NCBI GenBank assembly: GCA_040755995.1
Contig: JBFMAF010000039.1
Coordinates: 1 to 44,648, forward strand
Source of the DNA: Acidobacteriota bacterium
Lineage (GTDB): Bacteria; Acidobacteriota; CAIWXX01
Direction: 5' to 3'
DNA: 44,648 nucleotides
The notes below the pieces were generated by a model that was not told the DNA's origin, searched no databases, and saw only the letters and a program-made list of their open reading frames with translations. The translations under genes were made by a program, and so were the position numbers. Positions within the stretch are counted from its first letter, which is position 1; each line of letters opens with the position of its first letter. Positions 1 through 8,811 of the stretch are shown here, piece by piece.

Positions 1-64
1 CCACAACGGCGGGTTGCTGCTCCACCGCAGTCTCCTTCTCCGTCACTCTGCTCATTGTGCTCAT
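1..64 (-). CDS. 5' end of a CDS running off the window (MSTMSRVTEKETAVEQQPAVV...), product unknown
   Basis: ATG at 64 (in-frame ATG at 55) preceded by GGGGAG and a TACAAT -10-like hexamer; frame open to the window edge. Confidence 0.5.
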   Translation of the reverse strand, partial: MSTMSRVTEKETAVEQQPAVV

Positions 65-105
65 TCTCCCCGCCCTCTACAGTAATTGTATGGCAGGTCG
101 GTGTC

Positions 106-609
106 TCACGCATGTTGGCACAGAGGGAAGCGTCTCTCCCAGTCTGCCCCATCGGCAGTCAAGCTCTGCCAGTCTGCCGACAGGTCGTTCAGAAGAGCCC
201 GCGCCTCGTTCACCCACTTGAGTCCCAGGAGGGACTTCAGGTCCTCTAAGATGATGTGACGTTCTTCCCAATCGTCCGCTATTCGCAACGGTTGAGGTAG
301 CGCCGTCACGCGCGTGGCGTTCCGCAACAATTGGCGCAAGGCAAACGAATGCAGTGTAGAAACCCGTGGCGCCCTGCCCGTCCCGAGCACGTCTTCAGTT
401 CTCCTCCGCAATTCCCTTGCCGCGGCCCGTGTGAATGTGACAGCAACAATCTCCTCTGGGGGGATACACTTTCGTTCCACCAGATAGCAGATATGCCTCG
501 TCAATGTCAGGGTCTTGCCCGTGCCAGGCCCAGCTAGAAGTCGGGCATGAGCACCCGAATGCGCGGCAGCGACCCGCTGCTCGGGGAGCAAGTGATCATC
601 CCATGCCAT
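106..609 (-). pseudogene. Truncated UvrD/Rep-family (SF1) helicase, N-terminal 167 aa only
   Basis: Q-motif (PEQ), Walker A LAGPGTGKT, motif Ia VTFTRAAAREL and STLHSFA are present; the ORF stops before motif II (DExQD), far short of a full SF1 helicase. Confidence 0.85.
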
Positions 610-612
610 AAC

Positions 613-2991
613 TCAATTCCTCTCTGGCTTCTCATGGCCCGCAGAGACGCGAATCTCAATCGCCACCCATGGCCCGACGCCATCGTCTGTTCCGGCACGG
701 GCCTTCTCCACAAGTTGCCGGTCGGAGTCACCCGTCCAGAGGCCCACCACATCGTGCACGAGAAAAGATGGAAGATCCTTCGCGGCACGAATGAGCACTG
801 GAACTGGCACTGTGCTCGTACTCTGGGCGGCAAGGACATCCTGGACGAACCTGGCAGGCACGATGAGGGGCGCGGGCGCCAGCTCAGTGTTGAACATGAA
901 CATATAGTGGGAGTGTTCAGAGACTTTGAGTAGCGCGTCCAGCTGAGTGGTGTCTATGGGTACCGACCCCTCCCACCCTTGTGACCAATTCTTTTTCCAC
1001 AGAGATTTGGCCTGTATCAATGTCACGTGGGCAGCCTGAGCGAGCCCCGGAACCTCGCAGTCGAAGATCAGTCCAAGGTCGGCACGCGTGCCAGAGGGGC
1101 CGCCTTCGCCAGCTGCGCCGCCTTTTTGCCTGACCTGAAACCGTCGCACGGAGAGACTGATGGATATCGGAGGAGTGCGCCGGTCGGAGAGCCACTCCTT
1201 GATTGTCTTGTTCGTGTCTTCGAGGTGACGCACCATTGTCGCGGCCAAGTGGAACACCGGCTCGTGTTCGTAGTGGCCACCCCAATGGTTGAAGGTGTGC
1301 CCGAATTCCTTGCACGCAACATCCACCGCACCTCGCCATAGAGACTCGACTCCGATGTCGCCAAGCCACGTCTGACTTCGATCCCGGGGAACCCGGCTGC
1401 GCGACACCTCGATCAGATTCTCGACTGCATCCAACAAGCCCGACCCGCCTACCGATGGCCGGCCTTCCCCAGTGAGCGGTTCACCCTTCAAGTGGCGGAG
1501 CAGCACCTCCGCATGGAAGCGCTTCGTGTGGGGTCCATTCTTGTGCTCCGCGACGTACTCAGACAGCGCCCTAGCGACGGATTTCCTCGGCAGGCCGAGG
1601 ACGATTGGGTCGAGTTGATTCCAATGATTCTCGGCGAGGTCAAGGATGCCGCGTACTGCAACGGGGACCGCTTCCCGTTGCTTCTTGAGAGCTTCGACCG
1701 CGGCCCCTTGTCTCACAGCAGCCTCTCGGAGATCGAGCCTTCGCCCGTAGTACCCGCGAGACTCCATCTCGAGTAGGCTCATGATTGCCCGAAAGAACTC
1801 TATCCAAGCTCGACGCCTGGCATGCACTTTGTTCCAAGCTTCCTCCTGCATGCGGTCATGATGGCGCATGTGATCCATTCTGAACGGTTGGTGGAGCAAG
1901 TAGTCCTCCAGGGAGCCAATCCGCGCGTCAAGGTCTGCACCAAAGAGCGGTTCATTGCGGGTGTTGGACTGCGCGTGGAGGAAATACCACGCGAACGCGA
2001 ACTCATCCTCGGGAACAAGGTAACCTGCCCAGAGACGGAATGACTCTCGACGGTGGTCCTCGACCAGCGGGTTCAGGTCCGTGCAGAACTCTCTCATAAG
2101 CCGGCTTGCCGCCCGACTCGGGAATTGACACTGACGCAGTACCCGAAGACGATCGCGCTTGGAGAAGAACTCTCCTTTCTGAAGAGCGGCCAGGACCAGT
2201 CTCTCCACCTCGGTGTTCTCAGCCAGCTGCTGCTCTGGGATCGGATCGAGGAAGTGCATCAATAGTGCCTCGTAGGGCATCTCCAGGCCTTGCTCCAGTG
2301 TGAGCCGTAACAGCCGGGCCGTGCTTTCAGCGTCGAGGCCCAATGCGTCTCCGAGCAGTCTCAATGCCTCATCTCTCCGGTCCTTGATGCGCCGGAGCAA
2401 GGCTGACAAGCTCTCGCGTGCATGCTTGGGCAGCTCGTTCCAACCGAGGAGCCTCTTGCGCAGTTCGAGTACTGGCACTTCGAGCCCGCCAGTGACCAGG
2501 CACGTCCCGCCTTCGAATCGCACAATATCGGGATGATACAGCGCCACTCCCAGAAGGGTGACAGGATAGTATGAGATCGCATCCACCAAGTTCTGCCGCA
2601 AGTTGTCTAGGGACTCCCTTACTATAGGCGACTCGCTCCGGCTCGCATTACCGTGAAGGTTGGCTATGCCGGCACAGAGCCGGACAGCTTTCCCCGACAG
2701 TTGGTCGTACCAGATCCATCTGCTGAGGCCAGCACTCGCGATTCTCGATAGGAAGACCAAGACCGGCAAAGATAACCCCTCCTGAGAGGGAGCAATGAGA
2801 CTTCTAAACTCCTCAATTGTGGCCTGATCGGCGGGAGATACTGGCAGCATATTAACGAGTTCATCATGCCCCTCCTGATCCCCAGTCCAGGCTCTCTGAA
2901 AGGTCTGTCTCCAGCTGTGTACCCATGCATGCACTTGGCATGTCGGGCACTCCCGTACCTCGGAAAAGAGTTCTTCGATCTCGGTGTTCAT
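613..2991 (-). CDS. 792-aa protein with an unrecognised N-terminal region and a putative C-terminal PD-(D/E)XK-type nuclease domain
   Basis: Long ORF; C-terminal HEP...ADLGLIF...LIQAK pattern fits E..D..QxK restriction-like nucleases; ends 3 nt before the UvrD ATG. Confidence 0.7.
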   Translation of the reverse strand: MNTEIEELFSEVRECPTCQVHAWVHSWRQTFQRAWTGDQEGHDELVNMLPVSPADQATIEEFRSLIAPSQEGLSLPVLVFLSRIASAGLSRWIWYDQLSGKAVRLCAGIANLHGNASRSESPIVRESLDNLRQNLVDAISYYPVTLLGVALYHPDIVRFEGGTCLVTGGLEVPVLELRKRLLGWNELPKHARESLSALLRRIKDRRDEALRLLGDALGLDAESTARLLRLTLEQGLEMPYEALLMHFLDPIPEQQLAENTEVERLVLAALQKGEFFSKRDRLRVLRQCQFPSRAASRLMREFCTDLNPLVEDHRRESFRLWAGYLVPEDEFAFAWYFLHAQSNTRNEPLFGADLDARIGSLEDYLLHQPFRMDHMRHHDRMQEEAWNKVHARRRAWIEFFRAIMSLLEMESRGYYGRRLDLREAAVRQGAAVEALKKQREAVPVAVRGILDLAENHWNQLDPIVLGLPRKSVARALSEYVAEHKNGPHTKRFHAEVLLRHLKGEPLTGEGRPSVGGSGLLDAVENLIEVSRSRVPRDRSQTWLGDIGVESLWRGAVDVACKEFGHTFNHWGGHYEHEPVFHLAATMVRHLEDTNKTIKEWLSDRRTPPISISLSVRRFQVRQKGGAAGEGGPSGTRADLGLIFDCEVPGLAQAAHVTLIQAKSLWKKNWSQGWEGSVPIDTTQLDALLKVSEHSHYMFMFNTELAPAPLIVPARFVQDVLAAQSTSTVPVPVLIRAAKDLPSFLVHDVVGLWTGDSDRQLVEKARAGTDDGVGPWVAIEIRVSAGHEKPERN

Positions 2992-3079
2992 AGTGACTTA
3001 CCCAACCTCGCTGGGAGAGGACGCCATGCTCATATAGCCGTTCAAACGCTCGGTGATCATAGTGGCTTTACCCTCGCGA

Positions 3080-3475
3080 TCACTCTGGTCCTTCCTTCCA
3101 CAGCACCGCTCTTCCTGCCTCCGTCAACCGGTAATGCTGCCTGCTGCTCCGAGGCTTGTCGGGGATCGTGCGCTCTAGCCAGCCTCGTGCGAGTAGCGGT
3201 CGCAGGTAGGACCGCAGGAAGTGGACACGGTCGCTCAATCCTGCGGCACGTTGGAGGGCCTCAGCGCTGACAGCCTGCCTTGAGGCCTGCAAGATCGCTA
3301 CAACTTGCGCGGCGACTTGTGGGGTTGTTCTCGTGAGCCCCAGTACATCTACGCTGGATCGCACGACTGCGGCGCCAGCGACTTCCTCGAATTCGCGTGG
3401 CCGAATCCCCGCGGCCCCGCGCATCTCGATGAGGCGGTTGGTACCGCGACCCCGGACTTCCCCGGTCGGGTTCAT
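3080..3475 (-). pseudogene. Orphan C-terminal module 3 of the AlbA_2-HATPase gene, with a Fic-like C-terminal wHTH
   Basis: Begins MNPTGEVRGRGTNRLIEM (homologous to AVEVWGRGTNRVIAM of 4266..5735); ends HFLRSYLRPLL...TIPDKPRSSRQHYRLT. Confidence 0.75.
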
Positions 3476-3889
3476 CCTACAACCTCCCGGTGTCCGCCCT
3501 TGTCGGGGCCGATGCGGCGAAGCACACCCCTGTGTTTCAGCCTCCGCATGTTCCACTCGATCCCCGGGGCGTCAAACCGGTAGGTTGAGATAGGCTCAAC
3601 CGTGGCAACGAAAGGACTGCTACGCACCATGACCAGGATTTTCTCCCTAGGTTTCTCCCTACTCTTTCTCCACAGTCTTCTCCCCACTGTTCTCCCTACT
3701 CTTCCCCCTTGTCTCCTTCTCGCCATGCGCCTCACAATCTGGTCTCTCTCCCAGAACCATCTGCGCCTTGAATGTGACGATCACGAATCCCGACCGCTCC
3801 TCGACGGTCAGTGGCGCCGCTCCGTGCTTCGTGCACATCGCCATCACCTGGTTGGTGCTGCGGCCCCAGAGCTCCACAGTCGTGGTCAT
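3472..3889 (-). pseudogene. Orphan C-terminal module 2 of the AlbA_2-HATPase gene, frameshifted
   Basis: 3659..3889 encodes VELWGRSTNQVMAMCTKHG...FKAQMV and 3472..3735 encodes ...IGPDKGGHREVVG; the frames are offset by a 1-nt insertion in a 12-bp repeat tract near 3660. Confidence 0.8.
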
Positions 3890-4269
3890 CCCACAACCTC
3901 GCAGTGCCCATCCTTGTCCGGGCCGGTTCGATTCAAGAGACCTTGTTCCTTGAGATTGCGAAGATGCTTTTTCACGGCACGATCGCTGATTCCAAGCTCG
4001 AGTGACAGCCTTTCAATCGTAATGGATGGCTGCTGTCGAATCAGGTCGATGATTTCCTGGGTACTCTTCTGGGAACCTTTCTGGGAACTATTCTGGGTAG
4101 CCTCCTGTGACCCTTCATTCAATAGGCTCCCCTTCACCATCTGCGCCCTGAACGTGACCATCAGGCATCCCGAGCGCTCCTCGAAGGTGGGCAAAGCCAC
4201 CTCGTGGTTCTTGCACATGGCGGTCACCGGGTCGCTGCCGCGGTCCCAGACTTCCGCGGTCCTCTTCAT
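3886..4269 (-). CDS. Orphan C-terminal module 1 of the AlbA_2-HATPase gene (127 aa, wHTH), frame intact
   Basis: AEVWDRGSDPVTAMCKNH...FEERSG...FRAQMV, then wHTH (ITIERLSLELGISDRAVKKHL) ending GPDKDGHCEVVG; ATGA overlap with the upstream stop. Confidence 0.75.
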   Translation of the reverse strand: MKRTAEVWDRGSDPVTAMCKNHEVALPTFEERSGCLMVTFRAQMVKGSLLNEGSQEATQNSSQKGSQKSTQEIIDLIRQQPSITIERLSLELGISDRAVKKHLRNLKEQGLLNRTGPDKDGHCEVVG

Positions 4270-5735
4270 CCTACAACCTCCCAGCGCCCACCCTTGTCGG
4301 GGCCGATGCGTTTTAGACGGCCGTCGTGCTTCAGACCACGGATGATCTTCTCGACTCCGGCTTGACTCAGTCCCAAGCCTTCCATCATCTCTCGCGTGGT
4401 CATCTCCGGGTCCCCCGCCACCAAGGCTAGAAGTTTCTCCCTACTTTTCTCCTTACTCTTCTCCCTACTTCTCTCCACAGTTTTCTCCGCAGGCAGCTTC
4501 TCGACCTCTTGGATGGATGCGCCGATGTCGCGCCCCTGAACCATCCGCGCCTTGAACGTGACGATCAGAAATCCCGACCGCTCCTCGAAGGTGGGCGGAG
4601 GCGCCCCGTGCTTCTTGCACATGGCGATCACCCGGTTGGTGCCGCGGCCCCAGACCTCCACTGCGCCAATCCGGTGAAACGCGCCGGCGATCAACGGATT
4701 GACCGGTTTCGAGTCGTGCTTTCCTGACAGTTGCTCTACCGTGATTCCGGTCGGAAGGCGGCCGTAGCTGCGAATCTCGATCCGGTCGTCGAAGACCACT
4801 ATGGCGACGTAGCCCGAGTAGTGAGAGTAATCGCGGTGCATCACCGCGTTGAGCAGGATTTCGCGCAACGCGTCCGGAGGAACAGGGAAGCGATCCTCCC
4901 GGAGGATCTGGCCGGTGGGAAACCGCGCGCCGAGCGGCATCGTTCGTTCGAGAAAAGCCATGCCCTCGCGCACCGTGGCGAAGGCATTCATGTGCTCCTG
5001 CCGGTTGTCTACGATCTCGCCCGTGATTTCGGTACCCCGGAACCGGCCCATCTTGATGAGGCATTGGGGGTAGTCCGGTAGAAACCTCTTTCCGTATAGG
5101 ACAAAGGCGGCCTGCGTGAGGACGCCCGCCACCCGCAATCCCAGCCGGTCGAGAATCTCCCCGATGTCGCGGCTCGCATCCGGCGAGATCCGGTTCTGCT
5201 GGATGGCCAGCTCCCGTGTGCGCAGGATCTCCTTGCGGTCCAGGTCCTTCAGCGCCAGCCCCTCCGTGGGAAGGTTTTCCCAGCGGCGTTTGGCGTGGCC
5301 GCGCTCAACGAGCAGCCGCTCGTATTTGGCCTGGGGCATACGGCGCGTCGTGCTTCCCACGCGCTCGTACGCGCGGCCTTCGCATGTGAACGGCCTCGCA
5401 TCCAGACTGTCTTCGACAGATACTGCGACAACCTCGCGTCCGGCCCTTGCCTTCACGCGCTTGATGGAAACATGGGCGGGAGGTTCGAAGCGGTCTGTGG
5501 CCTGCGCGATCTCACGGATCGTTTGGTCGGTCACCTCCTGGCCTCGGGCGGTAGCGTCGGGCCCCACGCCGAAAAGCACCGTGCCGCCGGAACCGTTCAG
5601 GAAGGCGCAGAGCGTTTGCATGCCTTCCTTCATCTCGCCTGTGGAACGTTTGAACTCCAGAGTCAGGCCTTCGCCTTTCCGAAGGAGCGCCGCTAGCTGC
5701 TTTGCGTTCGCGGGAACACCACCAATCTCGGTCAT
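4266..5735 (-). CDS. AlbA_2/Schlafen + HATPase_c_4 (RecG-C-like) + wHTH protein
   Basis: GEGLTLEFKRS and CAFLNGSGGTVLFGV (AlbA_2); ALREILLNAVMHRDY and EVWGRG (HATPase_c_4); C-terminal wHTH ending IGPDKGGRWEV. Confidence 0.9.
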   Translation of the reverse strand: MTEIGGVPANAKQLAALLRKGEGLTLEFKRSTGEMKEGMQTLCAFLNGSGGTVLFGVGPDATARGQEVTDQTIREIAQATDRFEPPAHVSIKRVKARAGREVVAVSVEDSLDARPFTCEGRAYERVGSTTRRMPQAKYERLLVERGHAKRRWENLPTEGLALKDLDRKEILRTRELAIQQNRISPDASRDIGEILDRLGLRVAGVLTQAAFVLYGKRFLPDYPQCLIKMGRFRGTEITGEIVDNRQEHMNAFATVREGMAFLERTMPLGARFPTGQILREDRFPVPPDALREILLNAVMHRDYSHYSGYVAIVVFDDRIEIRSYGRLPTGITVEQLSGKHDSKPVNPLIAGAFHRIGAVEVWGRGTNRVIAMCKKHGAPPPTFEERSGFLIVTFKARMVQGRDIGASIQEVEKLPAEKTVERSREKSKEKSREKLLALVAGDPEMTTREMMEGLGLSQAGVEKIIRGLKHDGRLKRIGPDKGGRWEVVG

Positions 5736-5929
5736 TGAGGCGTCCTTCCATACGGCCCGGAATCTTCCCTCACCGTCATCGGCCTGGTCATCGCGTTCAT
5801 TTCCAGCCAGTAGTGCTGCACCCTGGATACCTCGTGCCGCTCGAAGCGGGCTGGGTCGCGGATCGGCTCCTGGAGCGTGGGGCTCGTAGCACAGTTCGTG
5901 ACGACGTAGAGCCAGTCCTTAGGGATCAT
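5732..5929 (-). pseudogene. Chimeric 65-aa ORF: MIPKD start fused to a copy of the SNF2 helicase C-terminus
   Basis: Residues from WLYVVTNCATSP onward match the end of 10080..13532; GAGGA RBS before ATG 5929. Confidence 0.85.
5763..5916. repeat. 154-bp direct repeat of 10108..10261 (helicase 3' end)
   Basis: Manual ungapped alignment, 8 mismatches in 154. Confidence 0.95.
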
Positions 5930-5959
5930 GTGTGTGTCCTCATCTGTCGTGGTCCTGCC

Positions 5960-8263
5960 TCAAGCCCCGCCTACCAGCCGGAGCGTGCGCTTCACATAGC
6001 CGTGTAACTCATCCTCGTTGATCGGTTCCGAGTCGGCATTCACGTTCTGGTCGTGGTGATATTTCTTCGAGTAGCCGTTTATGGCATCCAGTTCGTCGAG
6101 ATCGGCCTTGGCGTGCTGCAAGCCGCTCGTCGCGTCCGCCATCGGTATCCTCTTGATGAAGTCACCGAGCCATTCGTTCGGCTGAAAATGCCCAGGGAAA
6201 TGGATTCTCAACAAGCCTTCCAGAAAGGGCCGCATCGTTCTTGCGACTGCGCGGGGATCGCCCTTTCTCTCCGTATGAAATCCGAGCAGCGTCGAATAGT
6301 CCTTCATGTAGCTGCTCTGAGCTTCCGCCTGGATGTCCCATTCGCCGATTACGGTGGTGTCCCCTGCCTTGCTCATCTGAAGGGCCTTTACGGTGGTGCT
6401 GGCGCAGGGGCATTCATCGGAGAGCAACTTGAGGAAGAGCGGGTCGTGTGAAAGCACCAGGACCTGCTCGGCAGAGTCCGAAAGCCGCTGGATCCGTTGC
6501 TGGGTGCATGTCCGGCGGAAGCGGTCAAGGCTGGTGAACGGGTCGTCCAACACGACGATTTTCCTCCCGATGTCAGCATCCTGCTTCAGTACGGCGAGGA
6601 AGAAGGCCAACGCCAAGGAGCTCCGGTCACCGGAACTCAGAGCAGTCTTGAAGCAGGGCGTCCCAGGCGGAGTACGAGTGTCACCGAGGTCAATGGCGGT
6701 GTCGTTGATTTCGATTTGGTACTGGGAACTCGGCGTCCCCCCCGTATAGAGATGCCGCGTGTTCTTGATGCGGAATCCAGCATTGAACTGGTCAAGGTAA
6801 TGATTGATGGACTGCTCGTATGCCCTGAGAATATCGCGACAGTGCTGGTCGAGCTGCTGGCGGACGGCGACCTTCGTTTGTTCAAGACTCGCCTTCGCAG
6901 TCACGGCGTCCTGGTACGCCTGGCAAACTTGGATGACCTCCGGGTCAAAGCGCCTTTTCCGCGCCTCCAGTTGGGTCAACGCGTTCTTGAGCGTTACGAT
7001 CTCGCCTTCCCTTTGTGCGGCGGCCTTCTGCGCACTTACCACCGAGTTCGCGGCGTCCACTGCCCTGTTGTATGCAGCGAGGCTGTTCCGAAGGGCGTCC
7101 AGCTCTCCAAGCGCAGTGGTGAAGTCCGAATCTGGCGTGACCGCTTCGGGCGGGCTATCCTGCTTCTTCCGGGCGAGCGCGAAGCAGCGCTCCCGCAGCG
7201 TTCTGTACTTCTGCTGGATCTCCGAGAAGGAGACGAGAGGCAGGTCAACCGCGGTAAACCGCCTCCAGAACTCGGCAAGGGCTCCGTTGCCCGCAATTGC
7301 CTGCTGAGCGGGAGAAAGAGATGCCTCGCCAATCGCCTTGTCGAGGCGCTCGCTCAATTGGGCAACCTCCTGTTTGAGGCTCCGGTACGCGGCGTTGAAG
7401 TGAGAACGATAGGCTGCAACCAGCTCGTTTCCGCAAACCCCCTGTCCACAGAATGGGCAGCAGTCGTCCTTGACGTAGCCCAAGCCCTGAGACAGCCACG
7501 ACTCGCCTTGGTGCCCCATCCGGTGTTCAGCAATCTGTCGACGCACTTTCTTTTCCGCATCGGCCACGATATCTGTCAGTTGCTTGGCCAAGATCGCGGC
7601 GAAATCCGGAGGCAAGCAGGGGAGCTCTATCTTCGCGAACAGGCCCTTGGCCTTGATCTCGCCGGACTTAGCCGCGGCCCGTTGCCGGTTGTCCAATTCC
7701 TCAGTCTTGAGTTGAATCTGCGCTTCGATGTCGCCGATCTGTTGCCACTGAAGGTAATCATCAATCTCGGTTCCCGGTGGTACATGTCGGGAAACAGCAT
7801 CCCTCTTGGTGCGCACCTCGGCACTTGCATCCCGGACCTGCCCATCCAGTTCTTCAATCTGCCTTGCGAACTGCACGCCTTGGGCGCCGACGATGACGTG
7901 GTACAGGTTCTTCTTGTGCTCGTGCTCCACGTACTCCCCCGAATAGACGTTATCGTTCACGAACACGGAGTCGAAAATGGCGATGTCAGGAAACGTCGCT
8001 GTCCATGCGTCGTTCGCGAATCTCAGGTTGTCGCCATTCATGCGCAAGTGTGCAAGGGGTGGGTCTGTGGCGCCCAAGGTCTTCCGCTCCCGGATGAAAT
8101 CTGCCTGACCGCTCAGGAGCGAGCGCAGGATTGCACAAAGGGTGGTCTTCCCTCGACCATTCTCCGCATAGATGAGCGTGAGCTTACGGAAGCTCACGTC
8201 GCCGCTTGCAGCGTAGTTCCGAAAGCGACCGATGTTCTTGATCTGAATTATCTTCTCAAGCAT
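5960..8263 (-). CDS. RloC-like ABC/SMC ATPase (AAA_13) with zinc hook and putative C-terminal HEPN-type nuclease
   Basis: MLEKIIQIKNIGRF start after GAGG; Walker A YAENGRGKTT; coiled coil with CPFC; signature LSSGDR; Walker B VVLDDP; H-loop LSH; C-terminal RPFLE...SKKYHH. Confidence 0.85.
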   Translation of the reverse strand: MLEKIIQIKNIGRFRNYAASGDVSFRKLTLIYAENGRGKTTLCAILRSLLSGQADFIRERKTLGATDPPLAHLRMNGDNLRFANDAWTATFPDIAIFDSVFVNDNVYSGEYVEHEHKKNLYHVIVGAQGVQFARQIEELDGQVRDASAEVRTKRDAVSRHVPPGTEIDDYLQWQQIGDIEAQIQLKTEELDNRQRAAAKSGEIKAKGLFAKIELPCLPPDFAAILAKQLTDIVADAEKKVRRQIAEHRMGHQGESWLSQGLGYVKDDCCPFCGQGVCGNELVAAYRSHFNAAYRSLKQEVAQLSERLDKAIGEASLSPAQQAIAGNGALAEFWRRFTAVDLPLVSFSEIQQKYRTLRERCFALARKKQDSPPEAVTPDSDFTTALGELDALRNSLAAYNRAVDAANSVVSAQKAAAQREGEIVTLKNALTQLEARKRRFDPEVIQVCQAYQDAVTAKASLEQTKVAVRQQLDQHCRDILRAYEQSINHYLDQFNAGFRIKNTRHLYTGGTPSSQYQIEINDTAIDLGDTRTPPGTPCFKTALSSGDRSSLALAFFLAVLKQDADIGRKIVVLDDPFTSLDRFRRTCTQQRIQRLSDSAEQVLVLSHDPLFLKLLSDECPCASTTVKALQMSKAGDTTVIGEWDIQAEAQSSYMKDYSTLLGFHTERKGDPRAVARTMRPFLEGLLRIHFPGHFQPNEWLGDFIKRIPMADATSGLQHAKADLDELDAINGYSKKYHHDQNVNADSEPINEDELHGYVKRTLRLVGGA

Positions 8264-8811
8264 GACCTCTCTCCACCTCACCTTGTCTCTGGGAGGCAGG
8301 TCTTGACCGTCAAACTGGCCATCCCGGTTCCGCCGTGGTGAACCCAGGCATGCGTGTCACCTGGATGACACTGCCTGCAAGTCAGCGGGTCAGGCACAGC
8401 TTCCATGCTCATTCAACCGCCTTCCCCAGCGGCCCCATGTCTGAATCGGTTGCAGAGGCTCGCAAGATCGGCGACTGGTGGCAGCGGCATCAGCACGGCC
8501 TGCCGGCTGACGGTTTGGGATTGAGTCCACTCGCGGCGGCGCTTCTCGCGGGTGCGGATACCCGCCTGTGGGCCTGGAGATCGTTGCGGGCGTACAGGCG
8601 CGTTCTCCTGCTTCAACCGGCGGCACATACCGCCAGGAGCGGCAGCACATGCTACCAGATAACTCATACCCTGCCTTCCAGTCGGGTCCATAGGTGGCAC
8701 CGATTCCCGTAAATCTGGCGGTCTCCGAGCGCGGCGCCAATCCCCCCAGCGTTCTCCCGAATCGGTCGATTCTGGAGGAGCCGATTCGGTCGATCCCGGC
8801 GGCGCGATCGG

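Noticed and set aside
3080..4660. Cassette array as a diversity-generating retroelement or CRISPR array
   Set aside because: No reverse transcriptase or cas genes in the window, differences are not adenine-specific, and units are ~400-bp coding segments
6497..8341. 614-aa plus-strand ORF and other long antisense ORFs (e.g. 23561-24748, 25088-26341)
   Set aside because: Shadows of well-supported minus-strand genes, expected with high-GC codon bias; no recognisable motifs
8278..8412. 44-codon ORF with CxxCH and HAWVH, echoing CPTCQVHAWVH of the 792-aa protein
   Set aside because: Too short, no signal peptide for a cytochrome c, and little DNA similarity; likely coincidence
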